From contig SXSI01000047.1 of assembly GCA_005792285.1 (NCBI GenBank), positions 100,368-164,367 of the forward strand: a DNA stretch of 64,000 nt, in the 5' to 3' direction. The notes beneath the pieces were generated by a model. The model made no database searches, was not told where the DNA came from, and worked only from the letters and a program-made list of their open reading frames with translations. How positions within the stretch are numbered: the stretch's first letter is position 1; the number at the start of each line of letters is the position of its first letter. The stretch comes from Bacteroidota bacterium. GTDB lineage: Bacteria > Bacteroidota > Ignavibacteria > UBA10030 > UBA8401. Made by a program: the position numbers and the translations under genes. Of the stretch, positions 18,235 to 28,310 are shown piece by piece.

Positions 18235-20334
18235 ATGTCGTTATCAACTCTCTCTAAAATAAAAACTGTTGCAATAATTGGGAATCCTAATTGCGGAAAA
18301 AGTACGCTATTTAATTCTTTAACCGGATTAAAACAAAAAGTTGCAAATTATCCTGGCGTAACTGTTGAAAAGAAAATCGGTAAATTATTTTTAAAAGATA
18401 ATATTGAAATCAATTTAATTGATTTGCCCGGAAGTTACAGTTTGTTTGCTAATTCCCCCGATGAAGAAATTTCTTCAAAAGTTTTATTGGGATTAGTTGA
18501 CGAGACACCGAAACCTGATCTTGTGCTTTGTGTTATCGACGCAACCAATATTGAAAGAAATTTATATCTTCTTTCACAAATTATTGATCTTCGACTTCCT
18601 GTAATTCTTGTTTTAAACATGATTGATGTTGCAACTCAAGAGAATATTAAAATAAATAAGAATAAACTTTCGGCATTACTTGATCTTCCCATAATTGAAA
18701 CTGTTGCACCAAAATATATTGGTATTGAAGAACTTAAAAATGAAATTACCAAAGTAATAATTCCTTCAACTTCTTTGAGGAAATGGTACACTTCAAACGA
18801 AGTTGAACATAATACTCAACTACTTTCAAAAAAAATTAGCATTTCAAAAAATATTTCATTCGATATTGCTCACCACTATGCGGTTCAATTATTATCTTCA
18901 ACAAACTCTTCAACAAACGGCGAATTTTCGAAAGATCTAATTTCAATTGCAGATAAAATAAAAGAAAAAATGTCTTTCCTCGATATTGACCTTTCTTCAA
19001 TTTTTATCGAATCAAGATATCATTGGATAAAATCTGTTTGCAATGAATCAATAATTTTCCATCGAGATGACGAATTAACTTTTAGCGATAAAATTGACAA
19101 AGTATTAACACACAAATATTGGGGCTTTATTATTTTCATTTCCATTCTTTCACTAATTTTTCAATCGATATTTACATGGGCTGTACTTCCAATGAACTTA
19201 ATTGGAGGTGCTATAAATTTATTTTCCACATTTATTGAATCATCAATTCCTACCGGACAACTTCAACAATTAATTGTAAATGGAATTATCGCAGGAGTTG
19301 GTGCTGTTGTAACTTTTGTACCTCAAATATTTTTGCTTTTCATTTTTATTGGAGTATTGGAAGATTCAGGTTACATGTCTCGCGCAGCTTTTATAATGGA
19401 TAAATTAATGAGTAAAGTTGGTTTGCACGGAAAATCTTTCATTCCAATGTTAAGTTCTTTTGCATGCGCAATTCCCGGAATAATGGCAACGAGAACAATC
19501 GAAAATAAAAAAGATCGGCTCGTTACAATTTTAGTTATTCCACTAATGAGTTGCAGCGCAAGGATTCCTGTTTATACTTTATTAATTGCAGCATTCATTC
19601 CACAATATTTTGTCTTTGGAATTTTTTCTTTACCCGGATTAGTTATGATATCGATGTATCTTCTCGGTTTAGTTGCAGCACTTTGCATGGCTTGGTTATT
19701 TAAAAAAACTTTATTAAGAGGTAACCGCCAAATTTTTATAATGGAACTTCCTCCATACAAACTTCCATCTGTAAAAACTTTATTTCTACATGCTTGGGAA
19801 AGAGTAAAATTGTTTTTGAAAAGAGCCGGAACAATAATTCTTGGAATTTCAATTGTTCTTTGGTTCTTCGCAACTTATCCAAACGTAGATGAAAAAGATT
19901 CTTCAAAAAGACTCAAAAATAGTTTTATTGGACAAGCTGGACAATTGATTGAACCATTAATCAAACCTTTAGGATTTAATTGGAAAATTGGTGTCGGATT
20001 AATTACTTCATTATTACAAAGAGAAGTTTTCGTTTCGACAATGGGTGTAATTTATAAAGTTGATGATTCTGATATTTCATCTCAATCTTTACAAGAAAAT
20101 ATTAAAAATGATATAGATGAGTCCTCAGGAAATCTCTCATTCACTCCACTTATCGCAATTTGCGTGATGATTTACTACGTACTTGCGATGCAATGCTTTT
20201 CAACACTTGCAGTTGTTCGAAGAGAAACTAATAGTTGGAAATGGCCAATTTTTCAATTCTGCTATATGACTATTTTAGCTTACAGCGTAACATTCTTTGC
20301 ATATCGCTTTGGATTATTTTTAGGATTTACATAA
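18235..20334 (+). CDS. feoB: Ferrous iron transporter FeoB
   Basis: GNPNCGKS, NYPGVTVE, DLPGSYS, NMID, LEDSGYM, MSCSAR; multiple TM helices. Confidence 0.97.
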   Translation: MSLSTLSKIKTVAIIGNPNCGKSTLFNSLTGLKQKVANYPGVTVEKKIGKLFLKDNIEINLIDLPGSYSLFANSPDEEISSKVLLGLVDETPKPDLVLCVIDATNIERNLYLLSQIIDLRLPVILVLNMIDVATQENIKINKNKLSALLDLPIIETVAPKYIGIEELKNEITKVIIPSTSLRKWYTSNEVEHNTQLLSKKISISKNISFDIAHHYAVQLLSSTNSSTNGEFSKDLISIADKIKEKMSFLDIDLSSIFIESRYHWIKSVCNESIIFHRDDELTFSDKIDKVLTHKYWGFIIFISILSLIFQSIFTWAVLPMNLIGGAINLFSTFIESSIPTGQLQQLIVNGIIAGVGAVVTFVPQIFLLFIFIGVLEDSGYMSRAAFIMDKLMSKVGLHGKSFIPMLSSFACAIPGIMATRTIENKKDRLVTILVIPLMSCSARIPVYTLLIAAFIPQYFVFGIFSLPGLVMISMYLLGLVAALCMAWLFKKTLLRGNRQIFIMELPPYKLPSVKTLFLHAWERVKLFLKRAGTIILGISIVLWFFATYPNVDEKDSSKRLKNSFIGQAGQLIEPLIKPLGFNWKIGVGLITSLLQREVFVSTMGVIYKVDDSDISSQSLQENIKNDIDESSGNLSFTPLIAICVMIYYVLAMQCFSTLAVVRRETNSWKWPIFQFCYMTILAYSVTFFAYRFGLFLGFT

Positions 20335-20477
20335 TGGACTGGCAAGAAATTACAACTTTATTTATTGTAGCCGCTACAATAATATTAATGATCAGAAAAA
20401 GATTTTTTAATAAAAAACAAATTGGTAAATGTAATGACGATTGCAATTGTCAAACAAACAATCAAAAACATATTTAA
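20334..20477 (+). CDS. FeoB-associated Cys-rich small membrane protein (47 aa)
   Basis: ATG overlaps the feoB stop (TAATG); MDWQEITTLFIVAATIILMIRKRFF...CNDDCNC. Confidence 0.8.
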   Translation: MDWQEITTLFIVAATIILMIRKRFFNKKQIGKCNDDCNCQTNNQKHI

Positions 20478-20486
20478 AAAGGAAAA

Positions 20487-21269
20487 ATGAAGAAGTTATT
20501 ACTAGCAGTACTATTGATTACACCACTATTTTTAAATGCAAATTCGCGTAGATTTTCTTACACTTATGAAACTAATGTTTTACCAAAAGGTATTGCAGAA
20601 CTCGAAGTTTGGGGAACATTCCGATCGCAAAGGAATTATTTTTACCAAAGATTTGATCAAAGAATGGAATTTGAATATGGACTTGGAAATGATTTACAAG
20701 TCGCTTTTTATTTGAATTCAACATTTAGAAGTGAAGATGATAATAAAGCAACTGCAGGTGGAACTTTAAAAACTACACAATCCACCTCAATTTCATCAGA
20801 ATGGAAATGGAAACTTTCAGATCGAGTTGCAGATCCTATTGGTTCAGCAGTTTATGCAGAGTACACAGTTGGTACAGATAATTCTAAAATTGAAGGAAAA
20901 GTTTTTTTTGATAAACAATTTGAAGATTATCTAGTTGCATTTAATTCGATTTACAAACGATCGTGGAAAGTTGGTACAAATCTTGCAAAAACTTTTGAAG
21001 ATGAAGTTGAATTTGATTTAGGAGTTGCATATACAGCTAATCCGGAATATTCATTTGGGATTGAATTAAGAAACCACAACTATATAATTGATGGAAATAT
21101 TACAAATTCTGCTTTATTTTTTGGACCATCTTTTTCCTATTCGACAAAAGCAGGTTGGTTTGTACTTACTGTAATGCCACAAATTAAAAATTTAAAAAGT
21201 AGCCAGTCACTTGATTTTTCTAAATATGAAAAAGTTTTAACTAGACTATTGTTCAGTATAGAATTATGA
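20487..21269 (+). CDS. Putative outer-membrane beta-barrel (DUF6662-like)
   Basis: Signal peptide, FSYTYE..VLPKG..ELE.W, EFEYGL, alternating amphipathic strands, C-terminal strand RLLFSIEL. Confidence 0.7.
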   Translation: MKKLLLAVLLITPLFLNANSRRFSYTYETNVLPKGIAELEVWGTFRSQRNYFYQRFDQRMEFEYGLGNDLQVAFYLNSTFRSEDDNKATAGGTLKTTQSTSISSEWKWKLSDRVADPIGSAVYAEYTVGTDNSKIEGKVFFDKQFEDYLVAFNSIYKRSWKVGTNLAKTFEDEVEFDLGVAYTANPEYSFGIELRNHNYIIDGNITNSALFFGPSFSYSTKAGWFVLTVMPQIKNLKSSQSLDFSKYEKVLTRLLFSIEL

Positions 21270-21613
21270 TAAAATATAGACTTCTCTTTTTATCTTTAAT
21301 TATTATTTCAACATCATTTTTTGTTGCCTCTTGTGCAACATCATTAATCCCAACAATTTCATCTGAACATATTAAATATGCAAATGAAAGATGGGGAAAT
21401 ATAAATTCGAGTGATTTAATTGCTGCACGGGAAAAATATATACAGACTTGTTCTGGATGTCATTCACTTCCCTTGATTACAGATCATGATGAAAAGAAAT
21501 GGACTGAACTTATAAATGATATGACAAAAGAAATTAATTTACCTGATGCGGATAAAGAGATAATTCAAAAATATGTTTTTACAATTTTAAATACCTACGA
21601 TAAATCAAAATAA
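21266..21613 (+). CDS. Monoheme c-type cytochrome lipoprotein
   Basis: Lipobox VAS|C, heme motif CSGCH, candidate distal Met in W..LI.DM; ATGA overlap with the upstream gene. Confidence 0.8.
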   Translation: MIKYRLLFLSLIIISTSFFVASCATSLIPTISSEHIKYANERWGNINSSDLIAAREKYIQTCSGCHSLPLITDHDEKKWTELINDMTKEINLPDADKEIIQKYVFTILNTYDKSK

Positions 21614-21638
21614 TTTTAAAAACCTAACCAAAATAAAT

Positions 21639-21965
21639 ATGGAAACTAATCAAAATGTAATTTTGCCTCTCACAAAAGAATTAATTCTTGAAGCATTGAT
21701 GGATGTAATCGATCCAGAATTTCCAGTTAGCGTTGTTGATCTTGGATTAATCTATGATGTCAAAATTATTGATAATTGGGTTGGAGTTAAAATGACAATG
21801 ACTACTCCCGGTTGTGGAATGCAAAATGTAATTGCAAATAATGTTCGTCATAGAGTTAAAATTATTCCAGGTGTTAGCGATGCAGATGTTAGAATTGTTT
21901 GGCAACCAACTTGGACTCCGAGCATGATGAGTGCTTTTGCAAAAGAAAAATTAAAAATGAAATAA
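21639..21965 (+). CDS. DUF59/SufT-like Fe-S cluster assembly factor
   Basis: VIDPEFPVSVVDLGLIY, MTMTTPGC, VWQPTWTPSMM. Confidence 0.9.
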   Translation: METNQNVILPLTKELILEALMDVIDPEFPVSVVDLGLIYDVKIIDNWVGVKMTMTTPGCGMQNVIANNVRHRVKIIPGVSDADVRIVWQPTWTPSMMSAFAKEKLKMK

Positions 21966-21992
21966 ATCCACTTTTGTTAAAGTGGATTTATT
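21961..21992. terminator. Likely bidirectional terminator between the feo operon and dinB
   Basis: Perfect 14-bp inverted repeat AATAAATCCACTTT-tgtt-AAAGTGGATTTATT between convergent genes. Confidence 0.8.
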
Positions 21993-22007
21993 ATGTGATT
22001 TTATTGT

Positions 22008-23156
22008 TTATAGTTTCCCGGTATGAATTGCATCGTCACCAAATTTATTTTTAATAGCATCAATAGTTTTTAAAACTTTTGTGCGCTTATCATCCTCAAA
22101 TAATGCCAGGTCACTTTCTTCCTGAGAAACTAAATTTGTAACTCCAGCACCCAATAATCTGATTGGTTGTTTTTTACTGAAATTTTCTTCTAATAACTTT
22201 AAAAGGTTTTGATAAATTATTTTATCATCAAATGTTTTCTCAATCCCCTTCATTCTTGTAATAGTTATAAAATCTGAAAATCTAAGTTTCAATCTAACTG
22301 TTTTAGTGGCTAGTTTTTTCTTCCTTAATATTGTTGAAACTTTTTGAGCTAATTCAAATAATTTTTGTTTTAATAATTCCAAATCAGAAATATCTTTCTC
22401 AAATGTTTCTTCTGAACTAATACTTTTTCTTTCATCATAATTTGAGACTTCGGTGCTTCCTCCACCTTGAACAATATCAATAATATATTCACTATACTCG
22501 CCCAATAATGTTTTCAAAACATCTGGTTTACAATTTTGTAAATCTTCTATTTTATTAATTCCGTAACTTTTTAATTTAAGTTCTGTCTTTTCACCAATAC
22601 CAGGAAAAACACTAATATCAAGTTTCGATAAAAATTCTTTTTCTTCACCATTTTTTAAATGAATTAACCCATGTGGTTTAACAGTACCAGTTGCAATTTT
22701 TGATATTGTTTTACTTGAAGCAATTGCAATTGAACATGGAAGTTGAAATTCAGTATCGATAGTCTGTTGAAGCATCGAAAGAAATTTATTCCAATCATTA
22801 TTATAAATTTTTTCACAACCAGTTAAATCAAGATACATTTCATCGATTGACGCTTTTTCGACAATAGGTGCAAAATCACAAAGACGGTCATAAATTAATT
22901 TTGAGATTTTACCATATTCACCGTGGCTAACTTCAACTAAAATTACTTTTGGGCAAAGTTGTAAAGCTCTAAAAGTTGGCATTGCACTTCGTATTCCAAA
23001 TGCACGCGCTTCATATGAAGCCGAAGCAACAACTCCCCTTTTTGATGGATGACCACCAACAATTACAGGTTTTCCACGAAGTGATGGATTTGAAATTCTT
23101 TCGACTGAAACAAAAAAACAATCGAGATCAATATGTGCAATTATTTTATGTTGCAC
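22008..23156 (-). CDS. dinB: DNA polymerase IV (Y family)
   Basis: HIDLDCFFVSVE, SASYEARAFGI, SIDEMYLD, RLLG. Confidence 0.95.
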   Translation of the reverse strand: MQHKIIAHIDLDCFFVSVERISNPSLRGKPVIVGGHPSKRGVVASASYEARAFGIRSAMPTFRALQLCPKVILVEVSHGEYGKISKLIYDRLCDFAPIVEKASIDEMYLDLTGCEKIYNNDWNKFLSMLQQTIDTEFQLPCSIAIASSKTISKIATGTVKPHGLIHLKNGEEKEFLSKLDISVFPGIGEKTELKLKSYGINKIEDLQNCKPDVLKTLLGEYSEYIIDIVQGGGSTEVSNYDERKSISSEETFEKDISDLELLKQKLFELAQKVSTILRKKKLATKTVRLKLRFSDFITITRMKGIEKTFDDKIIYQNLLKLLEENFSKKQPIRLLGAGVTNLVSQEESDLALFEDDKRTKVLKTIDAIKNKFGDDAIHTGKL

Positions 23157-23165
23157 TTATTTTTG

Positions 23166-23858
23166 TTAAAAATATTTTCTCTTAAATCGGTACTTAATCC
23201 TTCTCCAATTAATTTTGAAGGATATAAAATATATTTGAATGATTTCTATTACTGTTAATTTTGTTATTCCCATTTTAATAAAAACAGTGTCGGTTAAATC
23301 TTTATACCATATTTCATAATTATTATTTTTCATCCAACTATTTATTTCATTTATAAAAGGATTCAAATATGACTTTCCATGTGTTTCAATCGAAATTACT
23401 TTTGGTCGACTCAACATATATTTTAGAACAAACCACTCACTTCCTTCAGTATCAATACTTAATAAATCAATTAAACCATCATCAATTTCATTAAACGTTC
23501 GGCACTCAACTTCAATTTTCTTTTTATCTTTTAAATTCTCTTTTTCATTTTCCAAAGCCGGACTTGATTTAAGAGGTGCAGCAAATGTCGACGCAGCATA
23601 ATGAATTAATTCGAGTTTTCCAGTGTAATCATAAATTGCAACTGGATGGATTGTAATATTATATTTCCCAAAATAATTTTTTATAGCTTCAATATTATTT
23701 TTATCCGGTTCAACTAAAGTAGATCTTGTTCCATCTTCAATAAAATTAATTATATTTGAAGTTTGAGGTAAATAAACTCCAACTTCACAAACATGCTGAA
23801 CTAAAATATTTTTTTCATTAACGCGTTTGTATAATTCTTTTGTTTCGTTGTAATTCAT
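23166..23858 (-). CDS. FkbM-family SAM-dependent methyltransferase
   Basis: LVEPD and IDLLSIDTEGSE motifs; motif I is atypical (EVGVYLP). Confidence 0.75.
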   Translation of the reverse strand: MNYNETKELYKRVNEKNILVQHVCEVGVYLPQTSNIINFIEDGTRSTLVEPDKNNIEAIKNYFGKYNITIHPVAIYDYTGKLELIHYAASTFAAPLKSSPALENEKENLKDKKKIEVECRTFNEIDDGLIDLLSIDTEGSEWFVLKYMLSRPKVISIETHGKSYLNPFINEINSWMKNNNYEIWYKDLTDTVFIKMGITKLTVIEIIQIYFISFKINWRRIKYRFKRKYF

Positions 23859-24953
23859 TTACACATTAAATCTAAAATGAACAACATCGCCATCTTCAAC
23901 TATATAATCTTTTCCCTCAACATGCAGAAGTCCGGCATCTTTTACATTTTGTTCAGTTTTTAATTTAAATAGATCAACACATTTCATAATTTCAGCTCTT
24001 ATAAAACCTTTTTCAAAATCAGTATGAATTGCACCAGCAGCAACTGGAGCTTTTGCATTTTTATTTACTGTCCACGCATGAACTTCTTTCGGTCCGGCAG
24101 TAAAAAAAGTTATTAAATTTAAAAGTTCATATCCTTCTTTTATTACTTGGTCTAAACCGGAATTCAATAATCCCAAACTTTCAAGAAATGGTTTTCTTTC
24201 TTCCTCAGGTAATTCCGAAACTTCTGCTTCTACAGCTGCGCTTATAATTACAACTTTTGCATTTTCCTTTTTTGCAATTTCTTTTACTTCGACAACATAT
24301 TTATTTTCATTTAATAAATCCTTTTCATGAACATTGCAAACATACATTATTGGTTTATTCGTAAGTAAATGCATATCCCGAAGAATTAAATATTCCTCAT
24401 CGTGAAAAGTTAAATAACTTGCGAGCCTTCCTCCTTCGAGATGAAGTTTTAATTTTTTAATGAATTCAGATTCGATGATTCCCTTTTTATCTCCACTTTT
24501 TATTTTTCTTTCAGCTTCAGATAATTTTTTTTCAACTGTATCGAGATCTTTTAAAATTAATTCCGTTTCAATTATTTCAATATCCCTTTTTGGATCTACA
24601 CTTCCATCAACGTGAATTACATTTTCATCATCAAAACATCTCACTACGTGGACGATTGCATCTACATTCCGAATTGTTGAAAGAAATTGATTTCCAAGTC
24701 CTTCACCTTTACTCGCACCTTTTACAAGTCCGGCAATGTCAACGAATTCAATTGTTGAAGCAATTATTTTTGGTGGATTATAAATTGAAACAAGTTGATT
24801 AATTCTTTCATCCGGAACGGCAACGACACCGACATTCGGATCGATTGTACAGAAAGGATAATTTGCAGCTTCAACTTTTGCTGCAGTAATTGCATTAAAT
24901 AATGTTGATTTGCCGACATTCGGAAGTCCTACAATTCCACAACTAAAACCCAT
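23859..24953 (-). CDS. ychF: Ribosome-binding ATPase YchF
   Basis: GIVGLPNVGKSTLFNA, ANYPFCTIDPN, DIAGLVKGAS, FRFNV. Confidence 0.98.
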   Translation of the reverse strand: MGFSCGIVGLPNVGKSTLFNAITAAKVEAANYPFCTIDPNVGVVAVPDERINQLVSIYNPPKIIASTIEFVDIAGLVKGASKGEGLGNQFLSTIRNVDAIVHVVRCFDDENVIHVDGSVDPKRDIEIIETELILKDLDTVEKKLSEAERKIKSGDKKGIIESEFIKKLKLHLEGGRLASYLTFHDEEYLILRDMHLLTNKPIMYVCNVHEKDLLNENKYVVEVKEIAKKENAKVVIISAAVEAEVSELPEEERKPFLESLGLLNSGLDQVIKEGYELLNLITFFTAGPKEVHAWTVNKNAKAPVAAGAIHTDFEKGFIRAEIMKCVDLFKLKTEQNVKDAGLLHVEGKDYIVEDGDVVHFRFNV

Positions 24954-25063
24954 TTTGTTCTCTCATTTTGACACAAATATACTGTAAAATTATTAATTTA
25001 TTTTCGATAAGAGTAATTCTTTTAATTGAAATATTTTCAAAACAAACTTATATTGAACTCATT

Positions 25064-25795
25064 ATGACCAATGAAATAACTTTTTTCACAGCATTTATTT
25101 TCGGATTGCTGTCATTTATCTCACCCTGTGTATTACCAATTGTTCCAGGATATATTTCATTTATTTCCGGAGTTTCATTAGATGAAATGAAAGAACATTC
25201 TTCCTCCGGTTTAAAAAAAATGTTGATGAATTCAATTTTATTTGTACTCGGCTTCTCACTTGTTTTTGTTTTGATGGGAGCAGGCGCTACAACTTTTGGT
25301 AATTTTCTACTTGAACAAAAATCAATTCTCTCTTTAGTAGGTGGCGCTTTAATAATAATTTTTGGAATTCATATGACAGGACTTTTTCGTATTTCAGCAT
25401 TGAATTACGAAAAACGATTTCATATGCAGAATAAATCTTTTGGTTTATTTGGTTCCTTTTTAGTTGGACTGGCTTTCGCTTTTGGTTGGACTCCTTGTAT
25501 CGGTCCAATTTTAGCAACTATTTTAGCAGTCGCAAGTCAACAGGAATCTGTAAATCAGGGAATACTTCTACTTAGTTTTTATTCACTCGGATTAGGAATT
25601 CCATTTATCATAACTGCAATCAGTATAAATTTATTTTTCAATTTTTTTAATAAAGTAAAAAAATATTTTCATCTAATTGAAGTTATCGGTGGAATACTTT
25701 TAATTGCTGTTGGGATTTTAATTATGACAAATAAATTAACTATAATTGCAAGTTGGTTGATAAAATTATTCCCCTTCCTTTCGAAATTATCCTGA
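25064..25795 (+). CDS. ccdA: Cytochrome c biogenesis protein CcdA
   Basis: SFISPCVLP and FGWTPCIGP; start moved to the ATG of MTNEITF. Confidence 0.92.
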   Translation: MTNEITFFTAFIFGLLSFISPCVLPIVPGYISFISGVSLDEMKEHSSSGLKKMLMNSILFVLGFSLVFVLMGAGATTFGNFLLEQKSILSLVGGALIIIFGIHMTGLFRISALNYEKRFHMQNKSFGLFGSFLVGLAFAFGWTPCIGPILATILAVASQQESVNQGILLLSFYSLGLGIPFIITAISINLFFNFFNKVKKYFHLIEVIGGILLIAVGILIMTNKLTIIASWLIKLFPFLSKLS

Positions 25796-25802
25796 TAATC
25801 TG

Positions 25803-26792
25803 ATGAATAATTCAAATTCAATTCTGGATTTAATAATTGCTGCAAAGAAAATAGTAATCTCGTCACACATTTCTCCAGATGCCGATGCAATTGGAAGTGA
25901 AGTTGCACTCTGCTCGGCACTTCAACAATTAGGAAAAGATGTAAAAATAATCAATCCGGGAAATCATCCGGCAAATTTACAATTTTTGATTAACCATTTT
26001 TCAGAGGGAACATATTCTTATTTCAATTCCAAACTGACTGAATTCGATTGTGATTTGGTAATAATAGTTGATACCAGTCAAAGAAAACAGTTTGAATCAG
26101 TTGCAAATTTTATACTGAAATCGAACGCAACAATAATTTGTATTGATCACCACTTAAATCCAGATGACTTATTCCATCATCAACATATCGATACAACATT
26201 ACCCGCAACAGGAATTTTGATTTATAATTTAATATCAAAATTTCCAAATTTTAAATTAACACTCCCAATTGCTGAATCACTTTATGCAGCGATAATGACT
26301 GATACAGGTTCATTTAGATTCACACGAACAACAGGAATGGTTCACGAAATAATTGCTAAATTAGTTGACGCTGGTGCAAATCCATCTTTGATTTATGAAC
26401 ATATTTACGAAACTGGCTCAATTCAAAGATTACATTTATTAGGTAAAGCATTACAATCGATACAACTTTGGCATAATCAAAAAACTTCAGTAATTACGAT
26501 TACCAAAAATGATTTTGAGGAAACAAAAACATCAACAGAAGATTTAGATAATGTTGTAAATTTAGGATTTACAATTAAGGGAGTTGATGTCTCTCTAATG
26601 ATTGTTCAACTCAATGATAATTTTAAAATGAGTTTTCGATCTAAAGGAGACTTCCCGGCAAATAAACTTGCTCAACATTTTGGTGGTGGCGGTCATTTAA
26701 ATGCAGCTGGCGCCAGATATAAAGCTAATTCGTTGGAAACTGTTTTAAACGAACTAAAAAGCAAAACAGAAGAATTATACAATTCAATTTAA
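25803..26792 (+). CDS. nrnA: DHH-family oligoribonuclease/pAp phosphatase NrnA
   Basis: HISPDADAIGS, IDHH, TDTGSF, GGGGHLNAAG. Confidence 0.9.
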   Translation: MNNSNSILDLIIAAKKIVISSHISPDADAIGSEVALCSALQQLGKDVKIINPGNHPANLQFLINHFSEGTYSYFNSKLTEFDCDLVIIVDTSQRKQFESVANFILKSNATIICIDHHLNPDDLFHHQHIDTTLPATGILIYNLISKFPNFKLTLPIAESLYAAIMTDTGSFRFTRTTGMVHEIIAKLVDAGANPSLIYEHIYETGSIQRLHLLGKALQSIQLWHNQKTSVITITKNDFEETKTSTEDLDNVVNLGFTIKGVDVSLMIVQLNDNFKMSFRSKGDFPANKLAQHFGGGGHLNAAGARYKANSLETVLNELKSKTEELYNSI

Positions 26793-26802
26793 GAGGAATA
26801 AA

Positions 26803-28305
26803 ATGAAACTAACTCAAGCTTCCGCAGATGTAAAAAATATTAAAGCAAATGTTATTGTTGTTTTTTCAATTAAAGATGATACTAAAAATGTAGATCACTT
26901 TAATACATTACCAGTTTTACTCAAAAATAAAATATATACTTTAATAAAGTCAAAACAACTTCCTGCTACTTCAAAAGATATTTTAACTTTGCACACTTCG
27001 GGAGAATTAAAATGTGATAAAGTTTTAATTGTTGGAATAGGTGAAGTTAAAAATATTACTTCCGAAATTTTAAGAAGAGCTTCATCATCAGCCGCGAGAA
27101 CAGCTCAAAGCGAAAAATCTGTGAAACTCTGCTTTGTTCTGCCAACTTCTTTATTGAATGTTATGAAATCAAAATTATCTCATCAGAAAATTGCACAAGC
27201 TATTACTGAAGGAGTTATGCTCGGAACATATTCATATAACAAATATATAACTTCAAAAAAGAAGGCTGCAATAAATGAACTTATTTTTAAAGTCAATTTA
27301 AAAGTAACAAAAGATATTTTAGAAGGAAGTCAAATCGGTAGAAAAATTTCTAGTGCAGCAAATTACGCAAGAGATTTAGCGAACGCACCTGGAAATGAAA
27401 TTTATCCTGAAACACTTGCGAAGGCTGCACAAGAAACTGCTAAAATTAATGGATTTTATGCAACAGTTTATAAGAAGGATCAAATTGAAAAACTTGGAAT
27501 GGGTGGATTAATAGCTGTAAGTAAAGGAAGTTCTCAGCCTCCTTATTTTGTAATATTCGAATATGGAAAAGAGTATAAAAATAAAGGAACTTCAGTTTTA
27601 GTGGGAAAAGGCGTAACTTTTGATTCTGGTGGAATTTCAATTAAGCCTTCAGCAGGAATGTCCGAAATGAAAATGGATATGAGTGGAGCTGCGGCTGTAA
27701 TCGGAACTTTCAAATCTGTTTCATCATTAAAATTAAAAAATCATATCATTGGATTAATGCCGATGGTAGAAAATATGCCCGGAGGGAATTCTGTAAAACC
27801 TGGAGATATTATTCGACATCATAATAAAAAAACTTCTGAAGTTGATAATACCGATGCTGAGGGAAGATTAATCCTTGCTGATGCGTTATCGTTTGCTTCG
27901 CAGTATAAACCGAATATTGTAATTGATTTAGCAACTTTAACCGGCGCTGTTGTTGTTGCATTGGGGCACGTTGCTACCGGAATGATGGGGAATGATGAAA
28001 ATACTATGAAAGAACTTTCTGCTTCTGGAAATGAAACTTATGAAAGAGTTTGGCAACTTCCATTATTTGAAGAATACGAATCGCAAATTAAAAGTGATGT
28101 TGCTGACGTTAAAAATGTTGGCGGTAGATGGGGTGGTGCTATTACTGCCGGTTTATTTTTAAAGAAATTTATTGGAAAATATAATTGGGTTCATCTCGAT
28201 ATTGCAGGTACTGCAATTTTGGAAGAACGTGGATTTTATAATCCAAAAGGTGGAAGTGGTGTTGGTGTCCGTTTATTAACAGAGTACTTTAGAAATAAAA
28301 AATAA
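26803..28305 (+). CDS. pepA: Leucyl aminopeptidase (M17)
   Basis: VGKGVTFDSGG, MKMDMSG, NTDAEGRL. Confidence 0.95.
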   Translation: MKLTQASADVKNIKANVIVVFSIKDDTKNVDHFNTLPVLLKNKIYTLIKSKQLPATSKDILTLHTSGELKCDKVLIVGIGEVKNITSEILRRASSSAARTAQSEKSVKLCFVLPTSLLNVMKSKLSHQKIAQAITEGVMLGTYSYNKYITSKKKAAINELIFKVNLKVTKDILEGSQIGRKISSAANYARDLANAPGNEIYPETLAKAAQETAKINGFYATVYKKDQIEKLGMGGLIAVSKGSSQPPYFVIFEYGKEYKNKGTSVLVGKGVTFDSGGISIKPSAGMSEMKMDMSGAAAVIGTFKSVSSLKLKNHIIGLMPMVENMPGGNSVKPGDIIRHHNKKTSEVDNTDAEGRLILADALSFASQYKPNIVIDLATLTGAVVVALGHVATGMMGNDENTMKELSASGNETYERVWQLPLFEEYESQIKSDVADVKNVGGRWGGAITAGLFLKKFIGKYNWVHLDIAGTAILEERGFYNPKGGSGVGVRLLTEYFRNKK

Positions 28306-28310
28306 ATTTA

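Noticed and set aside
20235-20333. 80-aa version of the ORF after feoB
   Set aside because: It overlaps feoB by 100 nt. The TAATG-coupled ATG at 20334 gives a typical 47-aa Cys-rich peptide.
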